DNA of 53,112 nt, the filler included, from Bipalium vagum (Eukaryota): assembly GCA_037834085.1 (NCBI GenBank). It is 3 parts of 3 records of this genome, joined end to end, with 100 filler letters (N's around TTAATTAATTAA, not from the genome) between each part and the next. Parts side by side here need not be neighbours in the genome. Positions count along the whole stretch, not along the records: positions 16,864 to 33,598 come from JBBMKC010096420.1; positions 33,699 to 53,112 come from JBBMKC010003649.1; 1 more part is not named here. One strand, written 5' to 3'. Below, in pieces: positions 22,789-36,410 of this stretch. The translations under genes and the position numbers were made by a program. The stretch's first letter is position 1, and each line of letters opens with the position of its first letter. A model generated the notes under the pieces. The model was not told where the DNA came from. It did not search any database and was given only the letters and a program-made list of their open reading frames with translations.

Positions 22789-24131
22789 TATAAAAAAAAT
22801 CAATAAACATTTCAATACTTTTAAAACAAAAGTATGAATAAATTACATAATTAAAAACAAGTTGATTGGAAAATGAAAATGAAAAATTTCTTCATCATAA
22901 ATAACGTTTAATAATATTATTATCACAGTAAATAATTGAAATAAATATTTTAGTTTTTTATGCATCATATATTTAAAGAAAATGAAAAATAAATTGCCAA
23001 TTGAACGAATTGATTGTAATTGAAGCAATTAAATGTATTAAATTACAAAATAAAATCAGGAGAATTATTTCTATATTTTAATTTCCTGATTAGATTTTGC
23101 TTTTAATATTCGGTAAAATAATTGAAAATTGAGTTATGCGAAAGCCTTGGAGCTAGGGAACGATAATGAAATCAATGGGCAAAGAGAAAATGAATAAAAT
23201 TATTACATTTACATATTAATAATTTTTTTTAGTATTCTGGCTAAGGAGATATTCACAAATCTTAGAGACATCTGAATTCATTATGCATAATTTTTGTACT
23301 CAAAATTTCTCCAAGAATTATAATTTCACCAGTGACAAAAATTATAAATAAGTCAGTTATAAATTATATTGATAATAAAAATCCTTTTCTGATTACAATG
23401 AGCTTTGTTGTTCAATAATTTTATTATAACCAATTTTGTTTCTACTAGGATTTCAAATATTATTTATATATAAATCTCAGGAGAAATACAATTTTCTTTT
23501 TTATGTTTTTATTTTTAAAAAATTAAATATTTTAAGATTTTATTAATTTTATGTTATTTAACAAGTTATATATAAATTTCATATCTTTAATTATCTTAAC
23601 TTGAAAACTATATTAATACAAATGTAATGATATTGAATGAAAACATTTCTACCAAAAGAAAATTCGTATATTTATTCCAACTGCAGAAAATTTCGGGCTA
23701 CTAGTGGCGAAAAAATTCTCGAAGACATTTTTAACTTAATTTTTAGTGTCGAACGTCATCTCTATCTACTTGAAAAAATAAAAATCTCTTTGTATCACCT
23801 GTTAGAAATAATCAAAGAACATAATTATTTGAATAAAATCAATAGCTTCACACCAATATTTAAACAATTGTGAGCAAAATAGGACCCTGCCAATTTACAA
23901 TTTCATATTGTTGCTGCCGATGTTTGTTGCTGATTGCATCTATTTCCTGAACATATATCTTGGATGTAATTCCGATCTCACTATGATGAACTAGACCAGT
24001 GACAGACTACCAATATGATATTGAAAAATGTTTTAATATAACAATTACATTTATTCTGAAAAGATTTCAACGGAAACATAATAGACTAATAAATCTGAAA
24101 TAGCCATTACTTTTACAACAACCTAATAATA

Positions 24132-24510
24132 TTAGGTCTACCGGAAAGTTCTTTCCGATTTCTAGGTAAAAGAAAATGAAGTCTTTAACATGTTTTTAAA
24201 TATTTATTTAATAACATAATTCCAATTATTATTGACAAATTCTTCCCATATCTATGGTAGCTTTTCTATCCCATTCCTGAAAAACAGTTTGGATTTCAAA
24301 AACTTCTCCAACGCATTTATCACAGCTTCATCCATTTTAAATTTTTTTCCATTGAAGAAATTTTGAAGCTCCAAAAATAAATTTTAATCGGATTGCGCTA
24401 TATAGGAAGAAAATGGTGAGTGGCTTAATATTTCCCAATCAAGTTCTGTTATCTATGTCTGGGTTACAACAGAAACGTGTGATACGGAATTATCTTGCAG
24501 CAGTACAATC
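24132..24510 (-). mobile_element. Mariner remnant, 3' end with TIR
   Basis: TA-TTAGGTCTACCGGAAAGTTC terminus. Decayed LQDNSVSH...ELDWEILSHSPFSSYIAQSD...LQNFFNGKKF...FFRNGIEKLP*IWEEFVNNN. Confidence 0.85.
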
Positions 24511-26779
24511 CATAGAGGCAAATTAAGTTATTTTTTAAAATAAAGTAAAATGTTTTTTCTTTTTATCTTTCAGAACATAAATTTTTGTACTAAATACAAT
24601 TTCTTTTAAATTGTTAAATTTTCTTTTATGTCTTCATAAATATTAAAGTCAAGAGGCTCATCTAATATTAAAGAAAATTTTGATTGGAAATAAAATTATT
24701 AAATTTTAGCATTTAATTAAAAATCTTTCAATAAGTAAAAGTAACACTAAAATTCAAGACAGAAATAAAATAGTAAACAAAATTTTTAATAATTGAACAT
24801 TAATTTTTACATACTACGTTCATGAGATTTAAAATTCACAAATTTCTGTAATAGAAATAATTTAAAAGTAGAAAATGTTTAGCAAGTAGAAATAAACATT
24901 TTTTTGAATTTGTTAATAATTAAAAAAGATTTTAAAAAGATTTTTAAAAATTGTTTAAATTAACTGCTAATGATTGTTATTTATAATTTTGAAATCTTTC
25001 TTGAAACAAGTTTAGACAAAATGATGAATTACCTACATTGTCCTATTGATGACGAAAAAAAAGTTCTGATTGTCAAAATTGGTTTCAATCTATCAAGTGA
25101 CCTCTGTTCAATAACAAGTTTTTCTTAACCTGAGAACAGTGGCCTAAATTACTCTTAATCCTATTGCAACCCAACGGTATCTTTTGATACCCTTGGTACT
25201 TAATACGATTACATTCCATTCGAAAATATTTTATAGTAAATACATATTTCAGGATATATAAAAATTTCACGATATTACAGTAATTCCATATTATGTTTTT
25301 ATTTACAGATATTTTACACTTGGAAATTTTTTCTTTAAAGAATGGATGATTATTCTTTTTAATACCTTCATTACTACATATAATTTATAAAACTGGAAAA
25401 AGTTCAATACTTATTAGGCTGCCTTAATTATTTAAAAAGAACTTTCTGCAGTGAAAGAAACTTCACTTGAAATTGTTTGTTTTCAGTTTGTAACTTTAGA
25501 TAATTTATGCTCACAATTTATTAGCTTTTAATTTTGTTAGATATCTTTTATTTAAAGTAAAAACCCGGTTAATTGTTAAATTTAGAAACATTTCCCATGT
25601 TTCAAAGAAAAATGACGAAATCTCGTAGTTGCTAATTAAGTTCACTATTGTCAAGATTAGATCGTTTTTAGAAAATAATTAATTGCCCATTTTTTAATTA
25701 ATGTTGCACTTTTAATTAAGTGCAATTATTTTATTTCTGACCCTTTTGCAGTCTTAATAATTCATTTTCATTTTATGGTCTCTAACATGCTTTTTACAAT
25801 GGTTTACCCGGATTTGTCCATGGTAATCCAACAGATACTACTTTAAAATTAGGTTCAACTTAAGTAGAAATAATTTTTTAATAATTTATAAAAATAATTA
25901 TATATGGTTGAATTACAATTTTTAAGTAAGATAATAAAGGATTAAAAGATAAAAAGTTTGCATTCAAATAGTAAAGGGAGAAATTCAAATAGGAGAAATT
26001 CCACTAAAATTGATCCTTGGATTTTACAAAAAAAATTTTAGAAATAAAAATAAAAGGAGGAAAAATTTTTAATATTGAAACAAAAGTTAGGTAAGACCTC
26101 AATAACGAAATTAGCAAAGCCTGACGAGTTGAAGTCAAATTCGAAGTTCGTAAAACTAACTTGAAATAAATAAATATCTTAAATGTTTATATATATAAAC
26201 TATTATTATTCTTCATAAACTTCAAATTCAGTTTTAGAAGGTTCATAAAAATAATCAAAATCTTTTTTTGCTACTTTGTTGAATTTAATATATTTATTTC
26301 CATGTACAGAAGAAATTCTACCTCATTTCTTTTTCAATTAATAGTAAATTACCATATGTATGTACTTTAAAATATCTTAATTTAATTTGTAAATTTTAAT
26401 TCTATATTTCAACTTAAACCTAGAGCTGGATAACAAAAACAAGCATCTGTCATAATATTTTAAACATGTTTCTCTAAAATTTTGAAAAAAATATGCTAAA
26501 ATTAAAACATCTAAATCAAATAATAAAACAATCTCTAAAATTATTAAAATTCTTATAATCATAAATAAAATATACATAATCATTTTCAGTTATAGATCCA
26601 TTTATTTTAGTATCAAAATCATTTACCTTAAAGACCATCTTATTTGATTTTAATTTATCAATTTCATTATAATTAGAACCTTTAATATAAGGATAAAATG
26701 ATTTCTTAGGTTTTAATTCATATTTATTAGAATTTAATAAACTTTCTCCGACAGCTTGCAGCAGTTTCAGTTGAATATA

Positions 26780-26895
26780 GCTGAACGTCTTTTCTTCAGT
26801 TCGGCTGCTACGTTATCCAATATCTGGTAGTATTTGTCTGAATTCGCAGTTTCGTTTATTCTCAATAATTTATGATAAATGGGTCTTCCCATCAT
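26780..26895 (-). mobile_element. Mariner transposase internal fragment
   Basis: PIYHKLLRINETANSDKYYQILDNVAAELKKRR (cf. VIYYELLxxGETVNSxxYCQQLDRLxxALxxKR). Confidence 0.65.
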
Positions 26896-28021
26896 ATTCA
26901 TGGCATTCTCTTTTTGAAATATTTTTTACATATAACACTAAAGGTTCATTTATATATTTTTGAAATGAATAATCATTCTTTGTGTGTCATTTTTATAAAA
27001 AAAGATTTTATTATTTATTCTTTATTTTTTTAATATTATTATATATAATAAACTTTTATCGCATTGGCGTGTGTCTTGATGCAAATGGGTTTTATTTTAA
27101 ATAAAATTTTTTTGTATTTTTATTTCTTAAAATATTTTTATTTCGTGATTATAAATAGTGCATAGAAAGTAATTACCAGATTTTAAAACTTAACAAAACT
27201 TTTATTTTATAATTTCATTTAAGTAATTTTACTTTACATAAGACAACGGTTTCAAAAGCTTTATGTAAATGTTAAATTTTTAAATTCCAAGATGCTATTT
27301 TACTCCAAAAGTTAATTTTTAGATGGGTATTTTGATGTCAAGAATTTATAGTCCCTTCTTTAATAATAATAAGTTAATAGTTCAAATTATTTAGAGATGC
27401 TTGCGTAGTGTGCCCAATTATTACTTAGACTGAACAATAAATATTACAGCCTATTTTATTTAAACTTTCAATAACAAACATGTAGCAAATCTATATTTTT
27501 CAATATAACCTCTACAAACGTTTACACATTTTTTGCTAACGAGAGAACAAATCCAAAATACATTTTTTTATATTAAATGTTCGAGTAAGATTTCAAACTT
27601 ACTTATGCAAATCAAAGACACAGTCAAATAATTTTCCTCGAAAATCCTTCTTCAGTTGTGGAAAGAAGTTAAAGTCAGTGAGAGTGAGGATGAGACTATA
27701 TGGTGGCTGAGGAGCGAGTGATAATCCACAAAACCAATTGTTACTTTTGTCAGATGGGATGTGTGAATTGAGGCATTATCATGCAAGACCCACATTTTAG
27801 TCTTTTTACCGCTTTTCTCTTACTTCCTCTATAAGTTAAAATTAATATTCTAAATTGATTTTGACATTAGATGCAACAGAATCTCATTTGAGAATGCCTT
27901 TCATATCCTAAAAGATTGTCAACATCAGTCATTTTTTTAAATGTGCCAGTTCTCATTTTTATTGTTTGTTTCTCCTCTGAAATCTTTCATTCGCCAGATT
28001 CGCGTTTACTTTCGGTATATA

Positions 28022-28240
28022 CAGGGTGTACAACCTCAAATGTGTCTCATCTTCTTCTTATATTATGTTATTGAGTAAAGCATCTACTGGTTTTTTGTAG
28101 ATGTTCAAATTTTTCTGACAACACTTTAATTGGCGTTGTTGTATATCACCTGTGAGAAATCGTGGCACAAATCGTGAACATCACCAGATATTTCACCAAT
28201 GGAATTTTTTCTTTGGGGATACCCAAAAAGCACACAGATA
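28022..28240 (+). mobile_element. Internally deleted Tc1/mariner (DD41D/DD37D-like) remnant
   Basis: TA-CAGGGTG terminus. SPDISPMEFFLWGYPKS (cf. SPDLTPLDFFLWGYLKS). Confidence 0.7.
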
Positions 28241-30519
28241 TAATAGAACGCACAACTTTTAATTGAAGAAGAGAAAGTCGAAATTTGTGAAAATGCTATA
28301 ACTTACTTTTAAAATAGTTTATAAATTTGAATTTTTGTTAAAATTTTCAGTATTGCTTACAATATATATCACAGTATAAAATTGTAAAATATGGTAATTA
28401 CTTTTCAGACAGCCCGTATTTTAAATGGAATAAATAATAGAAATAAAGATAATAAAAATTGTGATAGTAAATATTATATTTTCATTTGTAATTTCATTTC
28501 ATTTACTTTCGTATTTCAACAGATTTTACAATTAGAACTTTTAAACAATCAAAATGTTCATTGTGTTTCAAATATTGTAAAATCAACAGAAAAAGAAAGA
28601 GTAGCAAATTTGGAAAAATAATTAAATCAATAATTTTTTATTAATTAATTAATTAAATTTAATGAAAGCAAATTAAAACCTAAGTACTCCGAATATTAAA
28701 AAATTGATTAAAGGAAAAACTTTGAAAAGAAAATTTCATCAACACAAATTACTGTGATTATCTCTTGGTTAACCCTAAAATCGTTCTCATTAAGAAAATG
28801 CTTAAAGGAATAAATTCCTGTTCGGTGATTAAATGATTAAAAATTTAATATAATAAAAGCCCGCTCGAAGAACTTTTATACTAGAGTAATTAATAAAAAT
28901 TATGAAAAATAATATAAGAACAAATTCATATGATGTGTGAAAAATTATTTTAAAAATCGAATTTTCTTAAACATTTTATAAAGTATTACTTATATTATCA
29001 AATTTTTTAATATTATCTTATTTTCATTTTATCGGAAAAATAATTAATAACTTTTTTTTCCATAAAAATATTTTATTTATAGATCATTTATCCTCCCATG
29101 GTTGTCCTTTACAATTTCACCAACAATCTTTTTGTTTTAATCATAATATATTTTTAGGAAGAAAATCTTTTCTCCTTAGAAAATAATTTTTTACTTATAC
29201 ATATGTATATTGTATTACATGCCTGAGATTGCTTCCCATAGATCTCCCACACTATGCAGTACGTTTCTGCACCAGTTCTTCCCATGGTAAAATAGTGAAT
29301 CATAACAACTCGCAAATGGTCTTTTCCAGGAAATAAATTTGTCATGCGCAAATCTAAAAAAATTTGAAGTAATACAACTTTAATAATATTTAAATGATTA
29401 TCCTAGTAAACAATGTAAATTGCAACAAAATTCAATATACAATCAATAAGATTTATTTTATCTTATACCTTAAAAAAATAGATTTTAAAATATCCGCATT
29501 ATTTAACGGTACATCTAGTAGAAATTAATTTTTAAAACAAATCCTCAGTCCTTTCAGTCTTCAATCATAACAGATCCACTAATTGATCTGACATTTCAGT
29601 TCAGTCATTTACCCCATACCAAGGAGAGAATTGTTTTCTTGTTTTGATAATTTAGAATCACTTTAACCGTATTTTCTTATGGTTAGGTGGTTATTGAAAT
29701 TGGTTGATACCAAATGCAAAGCGAAAATGTTTGACAAAATAATTATTCAATTCACACCCTTTTTGATTTTTGCATAAATAAAGATATAATTTATTAAAAT
29801 TGGCAAAGTTCAATTTTATCCTAAAATCAAAGCGGATATTTTCAATTATATATTTGCAAGCTTCAGTTACCAATATTTTATTTGAAGTTCGTTGGGCAAG
29901 GTTCAATAATATTTTCGATAAAAAATTAATCAATTTGTATTGGAAAATAATCAATCTATGATTTTTAAATGTAATTAGTTTTTACGAAAATTCAATGTTT
30001 TTTTGTTTTAATGTATAGAAATTAAATATAACGAAAATATTTAGAATTGAAATTTCTTTAATCAGTTGTCTGCAAAAGTAACGTAAAATAGATACATTTC
30101 TTCGCGTTTAATTTTTTTATCTTTCATTGGTTTAAAATGTTAAAATTTAATATCCAAATTAAAAAATTAAAAATATTAATCTTAAAGTTTTGAAATTAAA
30201 CACCAAACAATTTCAAAAAATACTTACCAAAAAAGTTAATTTAAAATAAAAACAATGGATAAACCTATTAGGAAATGTATTCAAAATTTTACCGAAATAA
30301 CTAGTTGAATTAAAACGAAAAAAATATACATTATATATTGTGTTTATTTATTTTATCATTCAAGAGTTTTAAATACCTTATTAAGGTAACGTGATTTATT
30401 TCATTATTTTTTTATTATAATTAAGTGCTTTCAAACAAAAGAAGATATTAAATTTCGTTTACATTTCATTTCACAAATTCTTATAATTAAAATTACTTTA
30501 TGTACAAATACAAATATTA

Positions 30520-31070
30520 TCAGGTTGTCCGATTAGAAACGTCATTTTTATCAAAAAAGATTATTTTCATAAAAATAACAATAAGATATTAATCCAATAT
30601 ATAATTTCCATAAAGATCAATGACTTCTGTCCCCAATGTTGGCGTAAAAAAATCGATGAAGTTTGACACCCAAATTTCGATCTCGTGTCGACTTTTATAT
30701 TTCTTTCCAGTCAAAAAGCATTCTGCATGAACCGGAACAAATAATAGTCAGATGGCGCAATGTCCGGCCTGTACGGTGGATGAGGAAGAACTTGCCACTT
30801 CAATTCCTCAATTTTCTTCAGAGAGACTTTCGCGATTTGTGGCGGGTTCTTGACTCCTTTGTGTTGGCGTCCTTGGTGCTCAGCGATACTTAATTGTTGT
30901 GAGTACAGATCCGCATTAACCGTCCGACTGATTTCCAGCACCTTATCCCTGTCTATTCCACCAGAAACAAATTAAGATATTTTAACCATGAATATTCCTT
31001 TCGGAAGCTGACTACAACTTAACCACTGCCGCTTTCTGCTATTGTTTTCATAGAAAATCCATTTCTCATA
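30520..31070 (-). mobile_element. Mariner remnant, catalytic region and 3' TIR
   Basis: EKWIFYENNSRKRQWL, TVNADLYSQQL and ELKWQVLPHPPYRPDIAPSDYYLFRFMQN. TA-TCAGGTTGTCCGATTAG terminus. Confidence 0.92.
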
Positions 31071-31539
31071 ATAATGGAAATGTGATAATGGGCTTCAAAA
31101 CTTTAATGCTTTAAATATTCTAAAATATTGTACATTTTCATTCAAAGGAACTTTGTTAACATAATTTAATTATTTATTAAAGAAAATTTTAAATAATATT
31201 GTTTACTTTTATTTGAATTTTATTTTGAAGTATTAATATATAAAACTGCTTAAAATGCTTATACAAGGCTTTATGTAGTACAAGGCATTGCTTATTATGG
31301 TAAACACTAAGATACCTATTTTCTTATGATTCTCATTTGCAAAAAATGAATATTTATTTACCGAATTGAAATAAGAAGAATTTTTCCAATATTTTTTAAT
31401 CAATATTATTTAAAATTATGTACTATCTCATCACAACAGGCAAATAAATTCATAAGAAATTAGCCAAAATTTCTCTACTTTTACTACTAGTAGTACTACT
31501 ATTATGGAAAATTATGATGATAATGAGGAAGATGATAAC

Positions 31540-31583
<44 letters not shown>
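31540..31583. repeat. (AAT)n microsatellite
   Basis: About 14 perfect AAT units. Confidence 0.95.
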
Positions 31584-31585
<2 letters not shown>

Positions 31586-33598
31586 TAAATTTTTATATAA
31601 AAAATCTAAATTTATAAAAATTTTTAATTAAATTTTTAATGTGTATCAAGAGAAGATAGATTGAAAAGAACCATAAAATTGACTCTAGTTAAATAAAAAT
31701 ATATAGAAAATTAGCGAACCTATTAAGATTTATAGTTCAACTAAATTATTTCGGTCTTACTGCTAATCTATCCCTGATTTCATTTTTTGGTTCTCAGGTT
31801 AATTAGGAGTAATGGGAGTAAGTGTTTCTCAATTAAGGAGTAATGGGCTAAACACATTAGGTTCTTTGTTTGTCTCTTATCTTTCAAATTTTTTAGAATA
31901 TTAAACAAGTCATGTACATAATTAATATTGATAAATAATAAAAAATTCATTTTTGTTAACTAAATTTAATTTATCATTTATAATTTATATTTTTTTCTTT
32001 TCTAGAGAATCATCTTTATACTTTATGGACATGCGTTATTGAATAGTATAGCATTTCTATCAATTTATCCCATTTATAGAAAATTATTGCTAAATATTTT
32101 TAAGAATTTAATTTTAATTAAAAAATTAATTTATTAAACATAATCATTTATAAATTTAAAAAGTCTTTTGAAATAAATACGTACTTAATCTTAATTAAAA
32201 ATTAAATATATTAAGTTGTTTATATATTAAATAAAGTGGAACACATTTCAAATATTTTTGAAATAAATATTGCATTCAAGTTTCATTTATGAATTCGAAC
32301 AGTACATATACATATGGTACTGTAGTAAAAAAAACTTACTAGTTAGAAATGTTACGTTTCAGAAAAATGCAAATAAAATGAAAACCTTTTATTTAACATT
32401 TATTTTTAATGAAAATGTTTCAATGTCTAACAGTAATTCTCAGTCCTCACTTGTCGCGGTAGATTAACAATAAAAGAAGTTTAAAAGACTCTATTCCGTT
32501 CTTTAAAAAAGTTTATGAAAATAATTTTCAATGTAAAATAAAATAATTAGAAAGATTGAAGGAAAATGTTTATTGAATGAATTAAAAATTATTATTGATG
32601 AATTGATTATTTAAGTGAAAAATTAGAACTAAATCTTGATGTTCTTCTATTAATACATTGCTTAATGCTAAAAATTCGAATTCATAAGCATAAGGCGTAA
32701 AAAACTAATAAAATTTGTAATTTTTTTGTCTTTTATGGAATTTGTATTTATTGTTAATCTAAAATTAATTATTTTATTTTTCCGAATGTTTGGAAATTTA
32801 ATATTGATTATCGAAAAGTAAAATTAGCTCTTCCTCTTCGTTTAAACTTATATCAAATATAGACGTTTCCGTCATCACAAATGACTTACGACCTTAATAA
32901 CATTTTTTAAATCAACCTTTGTAAAGTAATCGATAATTTTCGCCTCTAATATTGCCCAATGGTCAATAAGAATTTTATGGTCTGCTTTATACACTAAATA
33001 CCAGATTGCAGCTACAAGCCTGCGAAATTCTATGCGGAAATGATAGATGACAGAACCAAAAATTCTGTTAAGATCCTAAGATGATGGATTAATATGATAA
33101 AAGTGGAGATTGATATTACTCAGGCCTTAACGGTTGAAGGTTGCTTAATGGATGTGTTCGTTTATTTAAAATGACTAAGAAAATGACTTGACGTTTAATA
33201 CTTTTATTTTAGTTCAAAACAAAGTTTAATATTACAAATGGTGATATCGATTCTGACTGATTTGAATTTATTAATTATACTTATTATTTATAAAAATCCT
33301 CTCGCACTTAGGCTCAGAGGTCCTCGTTGAAGAATAAAAATATATTTACCGCCCTACTTAGCGTGTGAAATATGAACACAAAAAGAAAAAAAAGTAATAA
33401 GAAAAAGGAACAAAAAGGTTAATTGATCCTCAGGTCCTGGCCTGATTACTTAATTATTTATTTATTACAAACTGTGTCTTGTCTAACAAGACACTCCTGC
33501 TTAATAAGAAATGTGAGATTATAAAAAATGTTATTTAAGATCGAAACCAGTCTTGTGAACCTTAGATTCCAACCCGGAGATATATTATATTATAGATA

Positions 33599-33698
33599 NN
33601 NNNNNNNNNNNNNNNNNNNNNNNNNNNNNNNNNNNNNNNNNNTTAATTAATTAANNNNNNNNNNNNNNNNNNNNNNNNNNNNNNNNNNNNNNNNNNNN
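33599..33698. other. Artificial contig spacer (44 N + TTAATTAATTAA + 44 N)
   Basis: Same 100-nt structure as 16764-16863. Confidence 0.98.
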
Positions 33699-33898
33699 AC
33701 CAATATTTCCACCGACCATGTAATTAATGCCTGTAGTCGGTTCCGATCCCGTTTGGAGGCCGTCATCGAAGCTAATGGAGAATGGAACCTGTAAATTTTG
33801 AAACCTATAAATAAATTCTATAATTTGCTTGATCATTACTAAAATATATTCGGCTTTTGTTTTACTGATAATTTTCCCGATTTAGGTCGCGCACCCTG
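33699..33898 (+). mobile_element. DD37D (maT-like) transposon 3' end, truncated by contig start
   Basis: NISTDHVINACSRFRSRLEAVIEANGEWNL* followed by TIR-like TTTCCCGATTTAGGTCGCGCACCCTG-TA. Confidence 0.8.
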
Positions 33899-35279
33899 TA
33901 TGAAAAAGTCATTAGGAAAACTGAAACTTGATGTAAAGTCTGAAAGAAAAGAATTTGTTATTAAAATTCTGAAGTTTGTTCCTAAATCATATTTTCATTA
34001 GCAGTCAGGCATATTTTATTTGTTGTTGATCGATTCTTCTTTTTGTATAAGACGATAAGGGCGGACACTTCAAGAGAGTAACCTTGATCAAAAATGCAAG
34101 TATATTAATCGATTTTTATAAGTAAAGCGAGGCTTAGAAATACTTAAGATTTTTACAAATTTATTCGATCAAAAGATGAAACAATTTTGAGGCATCCGTA
34201 TTATTCAATCCTCTAGAATTATGGAAAAAAATACCTGTCACTAGAAAGATTATCAATGTGGTCATAGTAAGAAAATCAAATATAAATTTTTGTATTGTTT
34301 TGATATTTAACGTGTATAAAATGAGGACAAAGTTCGAAAGCTTATTAAGTGACAATTTTCAGTAATTTCCTACTTCATTGGTAATTGTAATGCAGTATTC
34401 CTTTTCTTAACCGCCACTTTTGGAGAATTGGAAAATTTGGCGATTAAGAATATTTTTTTAATAAGAAAAATGATGAAGACAAAACGAATAAATTTTATTT
34501 GTTTATTACCCACTTGTCTAATGTGCAATTTTTTCATTCTTGTTCAATTCTTTTGAAACCTGATTCAGTCCTTCAATAGCTTTAAAATCAAACATGTCGG
34601 CCTGGTCAAAGTATTCTTTTATTAATTGAATAGGAGAATAGCGTTCCTTTGAAGGAACACTTACAAAAATTTGTGAAATTATCTAACTAAATTTTGTATT
34701 TTATTATAATTTTCAATTTAATTGGTTTGTTTTTAGAACCAGATTATACATAGTAATCATTGTCATTATTATGTGAAAATTAAAAGTTGCAATGGTTACA
34801 CCAAAATAATATTTATTAAATTTGAAAGTACTACTTTGTAAAAATTTAATTGATTTTTGGATTACATAATAGGAAAAACTATTGTTGTCTTTGAACGCTT
34901 TATTCTTTTTAGGCATGATGAAAAAGGAAAATTGTGTTTATAACTTACATAATACAAGTTTTAATCCCATTAGTTGGCATAATTTAATTACCAGAATAAT
35001 TTTATTGTGAAAACCATTTTCGAAATATTTACTATTTATGACGTTTAATAAAGTTTTTGGTGGTCAGATCTTATTTACTAAACATGAAAGGATTTATATG
35101 GCTTTTATCAATAATATGTGTACAGGGTTCATATTTTTAAAATATTAATATAATACTGATACCCAAAATGTAGCCCACTGTTTACATGTGATACATTTTT
35201 AAAAAGCAGTAATTTTTTCAGATAAATTTCTATTACATTGCAGTGGTTTATATTAAAGTAGAAAAAGAGCACGATTAAT

Positions 35280-35680
35280 TGGCCTCGAAATAGATATTAA
35301 TGAAAAGACGGTAGCTTCAGTTATATGTTTGTTTAAAAATACAAACAAGATTGAAGTGTTAAGAGTACGTACAACAAACCTATGAAAATTATTGAAAATG
35401 CTCATGATTTTATCAGAAATGAAATTCATAAAGATGTCAGTATTCCCTTACGAGCTCCAAAACCAAAGTTGGTAAATGAATTAATATTTCAGCTAATATT
35501 TCCACAGTTAGTTCGCCTCTCAGCAATATGAAAGTATCATTTTTTATTAAAGCACGAAATACAGCCACAAATATTAACATCAGTGAGTTTTATTGCAGTA
35601 AATATATGGTGCAATTGGATTTTTTGAAATTTTCTCGACGAATTTGGTGTAAGTTGTAGTACGCATGTCAGACCTGGGGA
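35280..35680 (+). mobile_element. Degenerate IS630/Tc1-like transposase remnant
   Basis: Frameshifted IDINEKTVASVICLFKNTNKI, HDFIRNEIHKDVSIPL, ANISTV, RNTATNI and FLDEFGVSCSTHVRPG (first catalytic D motif FxDExG). Confidence 0.6.
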
Positions 35681-35863
35681 ATTTTTTAATTATTTTAAAA
35701 TATTTAAAAAGTAAGTTCTTAAAAATACGTTTATTTTTAAAATTTATTAAAAAAAGGAATTTTTAGGTCTGAGAAAATTTATTTAAATATTATTTCTTTT
35801 ATTACCTTAATAAATCTATTCTAAAAATGACTTCTAATTCTGATTATAAACCGATTGATATTA

Positions 35864-35891
35864 ATTATTATTATTATTATTATTATTATTA
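35864..35891. repeat. (ATT)n microsatellite
   Basis: About 9 ATT units. Confidence 0.85.
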
Positions 35892-36410
35892 AAACACAGT
35901 ACTCTCCTGAGTTATTATCTTGTACATTTATATCGATTATTTATTTATTAATTATTTTTAAGTTTAAATAAATATTAAAGTAGAGTACCAAGTCCTCCTA
36001 TTAATGTTTACAATAATTTCAGTCGAAATTGTAAAATCAAAATAATTAGTAAATACATTAATGGATTTCAAAGTTATAAAACCATTTTGTCGAATAAAAA
36101 TATTGTCCCAATTTTATTGCTAATTGAAAAATCACGAGACTACATTCAATCTCAACTATAGAAGTGATAAGTTAATATGATATTTCTTGGACAAATATTG
36201 TTTGTTAAAAGGTTCGTAAAAATTAATAAATTCAAATAAAATTTATTATTTAATATAGAGAAATCATTAGTTTAAGTACATGAAATGTTTACAAAAGTTA
36301 AAATGTTTATTATTTGATCAGATCATATATATGTAGTATCATAATGAAATGTTCGAAAAGATTGATTCTAAAAATAAATCAATGTAAACATCGGAAAATC
36401 AGTTTTCCGA

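Noticed and set aside
26095-26160. Hammerhead-like words (CGAAA ... CTGACGAG)
   Set aside because: Only 10 nt lie between the core segments, so stems I and III cannot form.
32860-32895. Penelope-type minimal hammerhead on the minus strand (GTCAT-loop-ATGAC-GGAAACG)
   Set aside because: The CTGANGA core is absent and no Penelope coding sequence lies nearby.
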